Origin: Macrostomum lignano
Lineage: Eukaryota
Direction: 5' to 3'
Length of the DNA stretch: 64,000 nt
Assembly: GCA_002269645.1 (NCBI GenBank)
Contig: NIVC01002426.1
Coordinates: 124,001 to 188,000 of the forward strand
Each line of letters begins with the position of its first letter. Positions within the stretch are counted from its first letter, which is position 1. This document shows positions 37,900 through 51,165 of this stretch, piece by piece. Under the pieces are notes generated by a model that made no database searches, was not told the origin of the DNA, and saw nothing but the letters and a program-made list of their open reading frames with translations. The position numbers and the translations under genes are program-made.

Positions 37900-38343
37900 A
37901 TGTGCCATACCCGATTCCAGGCCAAGCCAAAGTCAGCTGACCAATCAAACAAAGCCGGCAAATCTTTAAAGGCCAAAGCCAAATTGGCCAAAGGTTCGTC
38001 TGGCAATGGCGTTTCTAAGAAACGCCGGCACTGGAAACAGCCGCCATCAGACAGAGGCGTTGACGAAGCTCTGGCTTTGTCTGTTGACGCCAAGTCAGTT
38101 GCTAAGCAACTGCGATCGACTGATAGGCCGCCATCCAGGGCCACCCTGCGACTGGCCACCGCCTGTCTGATGCAGTGCGTCAGGCATGTGAATAAAGAGC
38201 CGCGTGCCTTTAATAGCATTGTGCGTGCCTGTCTGCGGCACTGGGTTCGCGCCGCTGACTCTGTGCTTGGACGTACTGCTAATGATAATGATGCTGGCGA
38301 TGAGCAAGAGCGAGATGATGAAGACGAAGACGCTGGATTGCGG
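37900..38343 (+). CDS. NOC2L: NOC2L exon 1 (exact start uncertain: 37900, 37861 with a 48-nt intron, or trans-spliced at 37921)
   Basis: Basic N-terminus, then EPRAFNSIVRACLRHW (cf. AAFNALVTFCIRDL) and an acidic stretch. Donor CGG|GTATTT, phase 0. Confidence 0.8.
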
Positions 38344-38454
38344 GTATTTAATTTTCTGTTTATCACTTTTAAGCTTAAAGATAAAAAACACAAATATTTA
38401 TTTCGATGAGATACTACTCGCCACTATACTTTCACAAGAATCATTATTTTACCT

Positions 38455-39972
38455 AAAAATCTGCTTCATCAGAATCACTGATTGCCCTGAGAATCTGCTC
38501 CATCAGAATCACTGATTGCCCTGAGAATTTGCTCCATCAGAATCACTGATTGTCCTGAGAATCTGCTCCATCAGAATCACTGATTGTCCTGAGAATCTGC
38601 TCCATCAGAATCACTGATTGCCCTGAGAATTTGCTCCATCAGAATCACTGATTGTCCTGAGAATCTGCTCCATCAGAATCACTGATTGTCCTGAGAATCT
38701 GCTCCATCAGAATCACTGATTGCCCTGAGAATTTGCTCCATCAGAATCACTGATTGTCCTGAGAATCTGCTCCATCAGAATCACTGATTGTCCTGAGAAT
38801 CTGCTCCATCAGAATCACTGATTGCCCTGAGAATCTGCTCCATCAGAATCACTGATTGCCCTGAGAATCTGCTCCATCAGAATCACTGATTGCCCTGAGA
38901 ATCTGCTCCATCAGAATCACTGATTGCCCTGAGAATCTGCTCCATCAGAATCACTGATTGTCCTGAGAATCTGCTCCATCAGAATCACTGATTGCTCTGA
39001 GAATCTGCTCCATTAGAATCACTGATTGCCCTGAGAATCTGCTCCATCAGAATCACTGATTGCCCTGAGAATCTGCTCCATTAGAATCACTGATTGCCCT
39101 GAGAATCTGCTCCATCAGAATCACTGATCGCACTGAGAATCTGCTCCATCAGAATCACTGATTGCCCTGAGAATCTGCTCCATCAGAATCACTGATTGCC
39201 CTGAGAATCTGCTCCATCAGAATCACTGATTGTCCTGAGAATTTGCTCCATCAGAATCACTGATTGTCCTGAGAATCTGCTCCATCAGAATCACTGATTG
39301 TCCTGAGAATCTGCTCCATCAGAATCACTGATTGTCCTGAGAATCTGCTCCATCAGAATCACTGATTGTCCTGAGAATCTGCTCCATCAGAATCACTGAT
39401 TGTCCTGAGAATCTGCTCCATCAGAATCACTGATTGCCCTGAGAATCTGCTCCATTAGAATCACTGATCACACTGAGAATCTGCTCCATTAGAATCACTG
39501 ATTGCCCTGAGAATCTGCTCCATCAGAATCACTGATTGCCCTGAGAATCTGCTCCATTAGAATCACTGATTGCCCTGAGAATCTGCTCCATCAGAATCAC
39601 TGATTGCTCTGAGAATCTGCTCCATTAGAATCACTGATTGTCCTGAGAATCTGCTCCATCAGAATCACTGATTGCCCTGAGAATTTGCTCCATCAGAATC
39701 ACTGATCACACTGAGAATCTGCTCCATTAGAATCACTGATCACACTGAGAATCTGCTCCATTAGAATCACTGATCACACTGAGAATCTGCTCCATTAGAA
39801 TCACTGATCAAACTGAGAATCTGCTCCATCAGAATCACTGATTGCCCTGAGAATCTGCTCCATCAGAATCACTGATTGCCCTGAGAATCTGCTCCATCAG
39901 AATCACTGATTGCCCTGAGAATCTGCTCCATCAGAATCACTGATTGCCCTGAGAATCTGCTCCATTAGAATC
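38455..39972. repeat. 34-bp intronic minisatellite (gagaatctgctccatcagaatcactgattgccct)n, about 44 copies
   Basis: Direct reading. Head-to-tail with no unique spacers. Confidence 0.97.
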
Positions 39973-39998
39973 ACACAAACGATTCCTATCCCCTACAG

Positions 39999-40604
39999 AC
40001 TCCTTCATCCTATCCGAGATGGGAGAAGATTCGCGTCACCTGCAAGCAGTACCTGAACTGCGTATTGCTACTGCTAGACAAGCTCAGAGATCAGGAAGCT
40101 GTACGCGCCATCGCGCAGCACTGCCTACCATTGCTGCCCTACTTTCTGTGTCTGCCTCGCACTCTGAAGCCGCTATTAAAATCTTTGATTAGCCGCTGGA
40201 GTCAAGGCCCGGCTCCCATCACTGTGCTAGCCTTTCTAGCCTGTCATCGAGTTGTTAAATCGAGAAAGTCTCTGTGCGAACAGGCCTGCAAATGGATGCT
40301 AGCCGGCTATTTGCAGTCGGCCAGGCTAGGCGACTCGGCATTAGCCGTGCTGCAACAGCGAACCCTTTGCGAGATGCTGTTATTGCAGCCTAATTTAGCT
40401 TATAAACTGGCATTTGTGCACCTGCGCCAGTGCGCGGCCGCTCTGGGACGAGAGTCGCAACAGGGCGGCACCGGGGAGAAGAGCGGCAGAAAAACAAAGA
40501 CTACTAAAAGTAGCAGCGGGTCTTTGTTGCACAAAGCGCCACTGTATGCCGGCCTGTGGCTATGGACCCGGCTGGTGGCTGCTAGCGATGAGCTGACCAG
40601 TTTG
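39999..40604 (+). CDS. NOC2L: NOC2L exon 2
   Basis: ctacAG|ACT...TTG|GTAAGA. PSSYPRWEKIRVTCKQYL, VLAFLACHR, AYKLAFVHLRQCA, LWLWTRLV. Confidence 0.93.
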
Positions 40605-40624
40605 GTAAGAGTCACTTTAGTATC

Positions 40625-41710
40625 CACCCTAAATCACTGCAAGAATCGCCCTAAATTGCTCCAAGAATCGCCCCTAAATCACTGCAAAAATCGCCCTTAA
40701 ATCACTGCAAGAATCGCCCCTAAATCACTGTAAGAATCGCCCTAAATTGCTCCAAGAATCGCCCTTAAATCACTGCAAGAATCGCCCTTACTCGTAAATC
40801 ACTGCAATAATCGCCCTTAAATCACTGCAATAATCGCCCTTAAATCACTGCAATAATCGCCCCTAAATCACTGTAAGAATCGCCCTAAATTGCTCCAAGA
40901 ATCGCCTCTAAATCACTGCAAGAATCGCCCTTAAATCACTGCAAGAATCGCCCCTAAATCACTGTAAGAATCGCCCCTAAATCACTGTAAGAATCGCCCT
41001 AAATTGCTCCAAGAATCGCCTCTAAATCACTGCAAGAATCGCCCTTAAATCACTGCAAGAATCGCCCCTAAATCACTGTAAGAATCGCCCCTAAATCACT
41101 GTAAGAATCGCCCTAAATTGCTCCAAGAATCGCCTCTAAATCACTGCAAGAATCGCCCTTAAATCACTGCAAGAATCGCCCCTAAATCACTGTAAGAATC
41201 GCCCCTAAATCACTGTAAGAATCGCCCTAAATTGCTCCAAGAATCGCCCTTAAATCACTGCAATAATCGCCCCTAAATCACTGTAAGAATCGCCCTAAAT
41301 TGCTCCAAGAATCGCCCCTAAATCACTGCAAGAATCGCCCTTAAATCACTGCAAGAATCGCCCCTAAATCACTGTAAGAATCGCCCTTAAATCACTGCAA
41401 GAATCGCCCCTAAATCACTGCAAGAATCGCCCTTAAATCACTGCAAGAATCGCCCCTAAATCACTGTAAGAATCGCCCCTAAATCACTGTAAGAATCGCC
41501 CTAAATTGCTCCAAGAATCGCCCCTAAATCACTGCAAGAATCGCCCTTAAATCACTGCAAGAATCGCCCCTAAATCACTGTAAGAATCGCCCCTAAATCA
41601 CTGTAAGAATCGCCCTAAATTGCTCCAAGAATCGCCCTAAATTGCTCCAAGAATCGCCCCTAAATCACTGCAAGAATCGCACCCAAATCACTGCAAAAAT
41701 CGCCCTTAAA
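40625..41710. repeat. ~22-23-bp intronic minisatellite (aagaatcgcccctaaatcactgc)n with higher-order variants
   Basis: Direct reading. Confidence 0.95.
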
Positions 41711-41760
41711 TATCTATAAACATCGCCCCTAAACGAAGCAACAATCGGACGAACTCGCAG

Positions 41761-42135
41761 GTGTACCCGCTGACCCAAATACTGGAGGCTCTCTGTCGCA
41801 CGCTGGCCGCTGCTCGCCACCTGCCGTTGCGGGTGCACTGCCTTCGAATGCTGCTGCACTTGACCAGGCAGACCGGCGCCGCCACGGCGCTACTGCCTGG
41901 CGCTCTGGCGCTGCTCGATTTGGCAGATTTCAACAAAGGCGTCGCCAGTCGGGCCCTGAGCTTAGAAGGCATTACCAAGCTGAGCCAGTCGCAGCTGAAA
42001 AGCCCGTCTTTTCGAGCCGCCGTTTCGGACGTTGCCTACGAACTGCTGGCCGGCTGGGTTCGATCAGCCTGTCAGCTGACCGCCTTTCCCGAGCTCTGTC
42101 TGCCTTTAACTAGGCGATTGAAACGATTAGCAAAG
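41761..42135 (+). CDS. NOC2L: NOC2L exon 3 (Noc2 domain)
   Basis: cgcAG|GTG...AAG|GTTTGT. VYPLTQI...LPLRVHCLRML...AFPELCLP is typical of Noc2. Confidence 0.95.
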
Positions 42136-42356
42136 GTTTGTACTGGCTTTGGGGATGCTCTGATTTGCTGTTTGCATCTGATTGATTTGTTATTCTCTGA
42201 TTGGCTGTAAGAATATGCGTAAATATAAGCTATTCTCTCATTGGCTGAAAGACAAATAGCTATTCTCTTATTGGCTCGAAGGTCAATAACTGCTATTCTC
42301 TCATTGATTGGCTGAGAGACAATGCCAAATATCCCACCCCCATATTCTTCTCTTAG

Positions 42357-42749
42357 GACTGCCGTTGCCGGGCAGTTGCTAAGCCGGCTGCCCAGCTCCT
42401 CCGTCTAACCATGGAAGCGGCCAGTTGGACCCGACAGCAGCGGGCCACAGTGCGCCCTATTGGCGGCGGCAACGACGTAGGCGGCATCCAAGAGGCCGAC
42501 CGTCTGAACGGACGCAGCCCGTTCCAGGCCTACTACCTGCGCTATCGCTCCATGCGCCGCGAAGAATTAGCCAGAGCTAGGCCTGGCGACGACCAGGAGG
42601 TGAACGGCGAAGACGAGGATAAAGAAGAGAACGGCGAGAAGGAGCCCATGGAGGTCGCCGAGCTGCAGGATGAGGAAGAGGAACCGGAGCTGTCGGATCT
42701 GCCCTCAACTGATGAGGAAGATGAGACCGGCGATTATGAAGAGGACTAA
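42357..42749 (+). CDS. NOC2L: NOC2L exon 4 (acidic tail, stop)
   Basis: cttAG|GAC, phase 0. SPFQAYYLRYRSMRREE followed by an E/D-rich tail. Total about 605 aa. Confidence 0.9.
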   Translation, partial: DCRCRAVAKPAAQLLRLTMEAASWTRQQRATVRPIGGGNDVGGIQEADRLNGRSPFQAYYLRYRSMRREELARARPGDDQEVNGEDEDKEENGEKEPMEVAELQDEEEEPELSDLPSTDEEDETGDYEED

Positions 42750-42954
42750 TAGGATAATTAAGACTTAAGCTTCTTGTATTTGATTTGTCAACTGTGTTGC
42801 GTATATATGAGAATAAAACAAGCATTTGAACTGTTTGTTGTTGCATTGCTGCTGCTGCAGCCGGCATTTGAAAATTTGAAAGAACTCAAATTTGAGTTCT
42901 TTGGTTAAAGTCGAAATTCTACGATTCTTTTTCAAGTCGCCTAGGTCCACCGCC

Positions 42955-43862
42955 CCACTCCCAGACCCTCGTTGCTGGGCCAGCCTCCCAGGTCCCCAGT
43001 TGCTGGGCCAGCCTCCCGGATCCTCAGTTGCTGGGCCAGCCTCCCGGATCCTCAGTTGCTTGCTAGGCCAGCCTCCCATATCCTCAGTTGCTGGGCCAGC
43101 CTCTCAGATCCTCACTCGGTTGCTGGGCCAGCCTCCCAGAGTGTCAGTTGCCGGGCCAGCTTTCTAGATCCTCAGTTGCTGGGCCAGCCTCCCATATCCT
43201 CAGTTGCTGGGCCAGCCTCTCAGATCCTCACTCGGTTGCTGGGCCAGCCTCCCAGAGTGTCAGTTGCCGGGCCAGCTTTCTAGATCCTCAGTTGCTGGGC
43301 CAGCCTCCCATATCCTCAGTTGCTGGGCCAGCCTCTCAGATCCTCACTCGGTTGCTGGGCCAGCCTCCCAGAGTGTCAGTTGCCGGGCCAGCTTTCTAGA
43401 TCCTCAGTTGCTGGGCCAGCCTCCCATATCCTCAGTTGCTGGGCCAGCCTCCCATATCCTCAGTTGCTGGGCCAGCCTCTCAGATCCTCACTCGGTTGCT
43501 GGGCCAGCCTCCCAGAGTGTCAGTTGCCGGGCCAGCTTTCTAGATCCTCAGTTGCTGGGCCAGCCTCCCATATCCTCAGTTGCTGGGCCAGCCTCCCATA
43601 TCCTCAGTTGCTGGGCCAGCCAGCCTTCCAGATCCTCAGTTGCTGGGCCAGCCTCCCAGATCCCCAGTTGCTGGACCAGCCTCCCAGGTCCTCAGTTGCT
43701 GGACCAGCCTCCCAGGTCCTCAGTTGCTAGGCCAGCCTCCCAGATCCCCAGTTGCTGGACCAGCCTCCCAGGTCCTCAGTTGCTGGGCCAGCCTCCCAGG
43801 TCCTCAGTTGCTAGGCCAGCCTCCCAGATCCCCAGTTGCTGGGCCAGCCTCCCAGATCCTCA
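42955..43862. repeat. ~28-bp minisatellite with a 116-bp higher-order repeat
   Basis: Unit ctcagttgctgggccagcctccca.atc. Equivalent ORF starts at 42972, 43088, 43204 and 43320 show 116-bp periodicity. Confidence 0.93.
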
Positions 43863-44219
43863 GTATGGCCACTCAGCATGGCCACTGCCACAATCAATGG
43901 AATTTAACAAAGGCCAATTACAAGTCCTTATCAGATACAGATTAGAAGCAAGCAATAAACGACGCTTCAATGTACAAGAGTTAATCTTATATTAATTCTA
44001 GCAAAACACTTAATGATGCACTTATGAATTAACTACATAAAGACATCAATTATAGATAGAAAGCTGCTTAAAATTTTAACGTATCCGCCACAGAAGAAAC
44101 AATTAACGGAGAGATCAAGGAGTCAGTTGGGGCATCTGAAAACACACACTGATAAGAGATGAATTGCACATCGAATTACAGGCCGTTACAGAAAACAAGC
44201 ACGCTATCAGGTCAGTGAG

Positions 44220-44552
44220 TCAGTCGCCGTGGATCTCATCCTCCAGATCGGCATAGCAGCGCTTAAAGACCAGGCGGTTCCTAGTGAGCTTGTACAGCGA
44301 CACGAGGTTAAACAGCATCATGATGGCCGAGGACAGCACCTTGTACCATTCGTGGCACTGCAGCAACACGGCAAACTGCAGCACCAGCAGCAGGGCGATG
44401 GCGCACTGCAGTCCGTCAGCCAGACGCATAGGGCTGTAGAAGAGGCTGTGGAATCTGGAGTGCATGGAGTTGCCGGGCTCGGCGCTGTTGGTGATGCCCT
44501 CCGCTTTGAACAGGCCTTTCACGTGTTTCACCAAGGCGCCCTGCTGCCACAC
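44220..44552 (-). CDS. TMEM39: TMEM39 exon 6 (last)
   Basis: ttcAG|GTG. WQQGALVKH...AEPGNSMHSRFHSLFYSP...LYKLTRNRLVF matches the TMEM39 C-terminus. Confidence 0.93.
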   Translation of the reverse strand: MWQQGALVKHVKGLFKAEGITNSAEPGNSMHSRFHSLFYSPMRLADGLQCAIALLLVLQFAVLLQCHEWYKVLSSAIMMLFNLVSLYKLTRNRLVFKRCYADLEDEIHGD

Positions 44553-44637
44553 CTGAACAAATCGGAATTGCAAAATTCAAATGCAGCTACTGAGAGTAGA
44601 GTCAGAGTTTGCTACTAAAATTGTCTGCCGGTGATTT

Positions 44638-45045
44638 TCGGGGGCGCCTGCTACAATGGGTTGCGCCATCTACAGAGGGAGGCGCCAGCTACAGAGGGAG
44701 GCGCCAGCTACAGAGAGAGGCGCCAGCTACAGAGGGGGCGCCAGCTACAGAGGGAGGCGCCAGCTACAGAGAGAGGCGCCAGCTACAGAGGGGCGCCAGC
44801 TACAGAGAGAGGCGCCATCTACAGAGGGGCGCCAGCTACAGAGGGGCGCCAGCTATAGAGGGGCGCCAGCTACAGAGGGGCGCCAGCTACAGAGAGAGGC
44901 GCCATCTACAGAGGGGCGCCAGCTACAGAGGGAGGCGCCAGCTACAGAGGGAGGCGCCATCTACAGAGGGGCGCCAGCTACAGAGGAGGCGCCAGCTACA
45001 GAGGGGGGCGCCAGCTACAGAGGCAAGAGTTCAGCGCCCTATAAA
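44638..45045. repeat. 19-20-bp GC-rich intronic minisatellite (ggcgccagctacagaggg)n
   Basis: Direct reading. Confidence 0.95.
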
Positions 45046-45086
45046 AGGCGGATTAAATACCTTAGCGCAAAAACAATGCCTCTCAC

Positions 45087-45290
45087 CTGCAGCTCAGACC
45101 AGGGAATATACGGCACCTGGGCGCTGCCTCTACCCTCAACTTTGACCCAGCAGCCCAGATGCAGGGCGCAGCGATGCAGGGTGTCAATCCGATGAGGCGG
45201 CAGATGATGCTGGGTGTAAAATAGGAAAGCAGAAGCCACAGTGACGGCTACGTGAACACCGCAGAACCAGGGCTCCAGGTAGATTGTGTT
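45087..45290 (-). CDS. TMEM39: TMEM39 exon 5
   Basis: cgcAG|AAC...CAG|GTGAGA, phase 0-0. LHRCALHLGCWVK (cf. LHKSAAHLGKWQK). Confidence 0.93.
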
Positions 45291-46984
45291 CTGCGAATAA
45301 TCATTAAATTACATCTAAATCATCTAAAACATTGGAATTATTGCTTATTAAGCACTTAAATTTATTGGCCATTTGAAATTTTCTACAATATAATGAGAAT
45401 AAAAACGCGCTTAAGACACAATATAAAATACTACAGAGTTACAGTAATATGTAATTAAGCAGAATTTTATATTGCGGCAAAGCGATTTGTAATAAAAGCA
45501 CTTCTGTAGAACTATTAATTAAATTATTTTATTCCAACGATTTCAAACTAATTTAGAATTTGTTTTATCATGCACTCAGATTTATAGCTGAGAAATTCTA
45601 TCCTGACTACTTTTAGTCTCATATTTATTTAAGTAGGACGTTAAAATCAATAATTTGAAAGTATTATAGTCTCAGACACTTGAGTAAATAGATGTCACTC
45701 GCAATTACAGTTGTGAAAAAGCAGAGCGTCTATCTACTCTGTTAATAGCCCAATCTACGAGTAGCTCAGTTATTGAGAGAGCAGTAAGGAGAGAGATCAG
45801 TCAGAATAGTTCAGCCAATGAGAGAGCAGTAAAGATTTGATGACTTAGTCAGACGAACAAACGAGGCTGGCTCAGCCAATGAGTGAGCAGTAAGGAGAGA
45901 GATCTGTCCGAATAGTTCAGCCAATGAGAGAGCAGTAAGGATTAGATGACTTAGTCAGACGAACAAACGAGGCTGGCTCAGCCAATGAGAGAGCGGTGAG
46001 GAGAGAGGTCAGTCAGACGGACGAAAATCCTTAGGGACCAGGCCCAATCTAGCTAAGCCAATGAGAGTTGTAAGGAGAGAGGTCAACGTTTGACGACAAA
46101 TCTCGGTATTTAATTTTTTGTTGCAATGATCAATATTAAATTATTTTTAATGTTATAAAGACAAAAACGTAAATTTAGCTAGCAAAAAAGTGATAAGCGC
46201 ATTTTTTGCCAGTTTTATACATATCTAACTGTTATATTATAGTGATTATAATTTATAGCTGAGCATTGGACGTTAAAATTTCTTAGCAAAATCTATTATT
46301 TGTTACAGAAATACAAACAAGTGGATTAGATAAGCCTGTGCAATGGTACATGGTAGGCAAGATATTAGAGTAATAAGCACACGCTAATCTTATAAAGTGC
46401 ACACACTTGTTTTCTTAGAAACAAATTGTAAGCTCAGTTTAGCAGAAAAGATGACAATCTTCTACGAACTAGAAAGCACAGAGTGAAGTTATTAGAACGT
46501 CAAGGTTCAACCCACTTTAATTTAATCGCGCGGCTGACAATTTCTATTAGCTTGTTAAATTGAATCCTAATTGAATAACCAATCGGACTTACCCAGCAAT
46601 CGGTTTCACAATAGGCAGTTTGTATCTGGGAGCGAATTGAGCAGCGTATGTGGGGGATTAAGCTTTATTATTATCATAAGATTTGATAATGACCGATGAC
46701 GTCAATTTTATGCTATCAGGTGACATTAGTAAAAATATTATACTACTAGCAGTAATATATCAATATGGGAGACTTGACGAACAACAATTTAACCATAAGC
46801 CGGAATACTGCAAAATGTATTGCGAATGGATGGTTAGTAGAGACAGGAGAAGCTGCAGCTTGTAATCGTAAACAAAAGGGAAACAATATTCAAATGTCAA
46901 CTGTACTACTGTAGTAATATCATCGAACAATGATTGTACATTTATCAGGTGTTAGCTGCCATTTATTCGATAAAATCTGTCTGT

Positions 46985-47650
<666 letters not shown>

Positions 47651-47885
47651 TATCAACGTGGAATATTTATTAAAACATATATAATATAATATAATATATA
47701 CAAACAATATATAATATATGTACAATAAAATGCCTAATAATAATGAATTTAAAGCATTCGCAACCAAAACCTATGAATGCAACAAACCAAATAAACAGCA
47801 GTAATGGATGAACTTACAGAATACCGGATTCTACTACCGTTGGCGGATAATTAAACGGTAAACCAAAGCCAGTGAAGCAACTCAC

Positions 47886-48222
47886 CTGCACAAACAGCAG
47901 CGGCACAAAGGCCGAATGAAACGAGCTGAACAGGGTAGAGAACAGTATAATCTTCAATCGGCCATTGAAATCCGATTTCAATGCTTCGGTTTCGTCGCGG
48001 ATTTTCTCCGGATCGCGAGAACAGCTGTGCCTGGGGCTGAAGCTGCCCTGGCCTGGGCTGCCCTGGCCATTGGCGGCGGATGCTGAGCTTGATGTGGCAC
48101 CAGAAGCTGTGGCTGAGGACTTTTGATGCTGCGGAGTTGACCCACCGCCGCCGCTGAGCCAGTTACGGCTCAGCAAAGTGCCAGGCACGTGACCATAAAA
48201 GACCAGAGCGTAAGTGATGCAG
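47886..48222 (-). CDS. TMEM39: TMEM39 exon 4
   Basis: tgcAG|C...CAG|GTGAGT, phase 2-0. RHSCSRDPEKIRDETEALKSDFNGRLKIILFSTLFS...AFVPLLFVQ. Confidence 0.94.
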
Positions 48223-48441
48223 CTGCAAGATAAACCGGGTGGCCAAGGTTTATTAGTTAAAATATACTCATTAAACCTCCCATAGCACAGCTAGGTTTCT
48301 AGAAATATGCTTAGCAGCTTAGTCTGATTAGTGAAGTACTTGTATGTACATCTGTGCATTGCTTGATAACATTATATTAGTACTACTACTGTACTACTAT
48401 TACCAATATTAATACTACCTACTACTACAATCATAACAACA

Positions 48442-48485
<44 letters not shown>

Positions 48486-48574
48486 AACTAACTACTACTA
48501 CTACTACTATTACTACTACTTACTACTACTACTACTACAACTAACTACTACTACTACTACTACTATTATTATTA

Positions 48575-49865
48575 TTGTTGTTAAACGAGGGTGGGAAGCA
48601 TTGCTACCCGCGGATCAGCCCGGGGTGGGCTCTGCCGCAGAGGGGCACTACCAGGGGCCAAGGCATTAGCTGTCCAGGGCCCGAGATACCCCATGGATGC
48701 ATTGGGATTGGACCCGGCTCAAAGCGCGGGTGGGCGAGTTGACCCAAGCCTACGGTACAAGACACCGCCAACCCAAACAGTGGAATCAGGGACGGTACTA
48801 GGACCGAGTCCACCCAGGCCACCCTCCAGCAGACAAGTCCTTAGGAGTGCGCGAAAAACAGAATTGGAATAATTACTGAAAAGCCGTCCAAGAGCGGGGA
48901 AACCCCAGAAGTCTTGGAAAGGGCTAACTATTGGAGAGAGTCTGGGCAGCTACTAACCAAGGCGATCCTCACTGGGCTCTCGAGCCTCAAGGCTTCTTCA
49001 CTACCCAGCTCTACTTTGGAGTGAGTCTGGAAGGCTTGTATCCGAGGGGGAGACTCTAGGCGAGGCCAGGACTCCAACGCCTTTATTGCTACCAACCCAA
49101 GGGCATCGCCTATCCAGCTCAATATTGGGGGCCAGGCCAAGGGGGCGGGAAGAGGCACCAGGGGCAAGAGAACACCGGACTCAGCCGGTTGTCCCCGGTT
49201 CGGGACGAACATCCTTCCCAGGACACCAATCCGCTGTCAGGATGAGAGCCAGAGACACGCAAGCAGGGACCTTCAGCAGGAGCCAGGAGATGGACCCGAG
49301 GACAGGGCAAGATGGACCGGGCAAGGGCAGAGCTCATAACTCCGAATATTGGAAGGCTTCTAGTGGCCAGATAAAAGATTAAAAGAATAAAAAGCCACAA
49401 AGGCACAAAGCTAAAGGGATAAAACCGCGCTGGGATGCCAGCCCAGAAAAAAAGAATGGCAGAAAGGAGGAGCACCATAGCCCTAAAGCAGGCAGCTTGC
49501 CGACCTGCAGCCCGGGTGCTCAGCCTCAGGGCTGGCAGTCTACTGGGTCTACCGTACACCTTTGACGTCCTTTGTGAATTGGTCATTTTCTTTCCTGCAG
49601 GGCGGGTACGACCGGGGGGCTCAGTCCCGTCCTAGCCACACTGCAGTCCAGATATCCAACTCACTCCGGGCACCCCCCCCCCTAACCCAGGGCCGATGGC
49701 CAAAATTATTGGAGTACGAAAAAAGAATAGGGTTATTTTTAGAATGGGCACAGCCCCTCCGGGGCGGACCCTTAGTTATTGGGCTAGCCGAAGCTAGGCC
49801 AATCGGATTGCGCACAACCCTTAGACAAGCTACCAGAGAGGCAACCAGGGTAAAAACAGTCAGAG
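48575..49865. mobile_element. ~1.29-kb GC-rich, apparently non-coding insertion (retroposon-like) inside an (ACT)n/(ATT)n microsatellite
   Basis: Abrupt composition change. Identical actattattatta on both sides (48562-48574, 49866-49878). No TIRs and no recognisable ORF. Confidence 0.55.
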
Positions 49866-49991
49866 ACTATTATTATTACAACTACTATTACAACTACTAC
49901 TAATTACTACTATTTCTACTACTACTACTACTACTACTATTTCTACTACTTCTACTACTTCTGCTACTAAGATGCGACTACTAAAGCTCAC

Positions 49992-50224
49992 GGATAAACC
50001 AGCAGTATGCAGTAGAGCAGCGAGGTCCTGCAGTACACAAAGTAGCTCATCCAGCAGAAAAGCGCCGCCCAACAACAAGACAGCGCGCATAGCAGGGCCA
50101 GACAGGCAGTGAAGCAGCATCTGTTAGGGATGTTTCTAAGCTGCCGGAACAGAGTTAGCAGCAGCGGCAGGCACAGCATTGAGACCAGGTACCCGACCAG
50201 CTTGTAGTCGATAAGACGAAAATT
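49992..50224 (-). CDS. TMEM39: TMEM39 exon 3
   Basis: ctacAG|AAT...CC|GTGAGC, phase 0-2. NFRLIDY...LLYCILLVYP (cf. NFHLIDY...LLFLGYP). Confidence 0.92.
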
Positions 50225-50367
50225 CTGTAGAGGGGGTTTGACAGGTTAACCGCAAGTTTTGCAATCAAATTTATCTACCATGGTTTCTTGCACATTTGCA
50301 CATTAATTGTACTTTTGTAATGCAGATAGAACATGCCGACAAAGAAGGGCACCCAACACCCAAGAGA

Positions 50368-51105
50368 CAGGGGCGCCCACCTAAGAGACAGGGGCGCCCA
50401 CCTGAGAGGACAGGGGCGCCCATCTGAGAGACAGGGGCGCCATCTAAGAGACAGGAGCGCCCACCTAAGAGGACAGGAGCGCCCACCTAAGAAGACAGGA
50501 GCGCCCACCTAAGAGGACAGGAGCGCCCACCTGAGAGGACAGGGGCGCCATCTAAGAGACAGGAGCGCCCACCTAAGAGGACAGGAGCGCCCACCTAAGA
50601 AGACAGGAGCGCCCACCTAAGAGGACAGGAGCGCCCACCTGAGAGGACAGGAGCGCCCACCTGAGAGGACAGGAGCGCCCACCTGAGAGGACAGGAGCGC
50701 CCACCTGAGAGGACAGGGGCGCCCATCTGAGAGACAGGGGCGCCATCTAAGAGACAGGAGCGCCCACCTAAGAGGACAGGAGCGCCCACCTAAGAGGACA
50801 GGAGCGCCCACCTAAGAAGACAGGAGCGCCCACCTAAGAGGACAGGAGCGCCCACCTAAGAAGACAGGAGCGCCCACCTAAGAAGACAGGAGCGCCCACC
50901 TAAGAGGACAGGAGCGCCCACCTGAGAGGACAGGAGCGCCCACCTGAGAGGACAGGAGCGCCCACCTGAGAGGACAGGAGCGCCCACCTGAGAGGACAGG
51001 AGCGCCCACCTGAGAGACAGGCGCGCCCACCTGAGAGACAGGGGTGCCGTGCCAATTTAAGAGAGAGGGGTGCCCTCCTGAGAGACAGGGGCGCCCACCT
51101 GAGAG
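50368..51105. repeat. 23-24-bp intronic minisatellite (gacaggagcgcccacctaagag)n
   Basis: Direct reading. Confidence 0.95.
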
Positions 51106-51165
51106 ACAGCCAGGTGGATAACGAGGCAGTGATAAAAAAGGAACAAAACTACATAATGTACTTAC

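Noticed and set aside
38455-39972. CRISPR-like regular arrays of 27-43-bp units here and elsewhere
   Set aside because: Units are head-to-tail without unique spacers, lie in introns of eukaryotic genes, and there are no cas genes.
49119-49586. 155-aa ORF with a hydrophobic stretch within the intronic insertion
   Set aside because: No APE/RT/gag motifs, and similar-length ORFs occur on both strands, as expected for GC-rich non-coding DNA.
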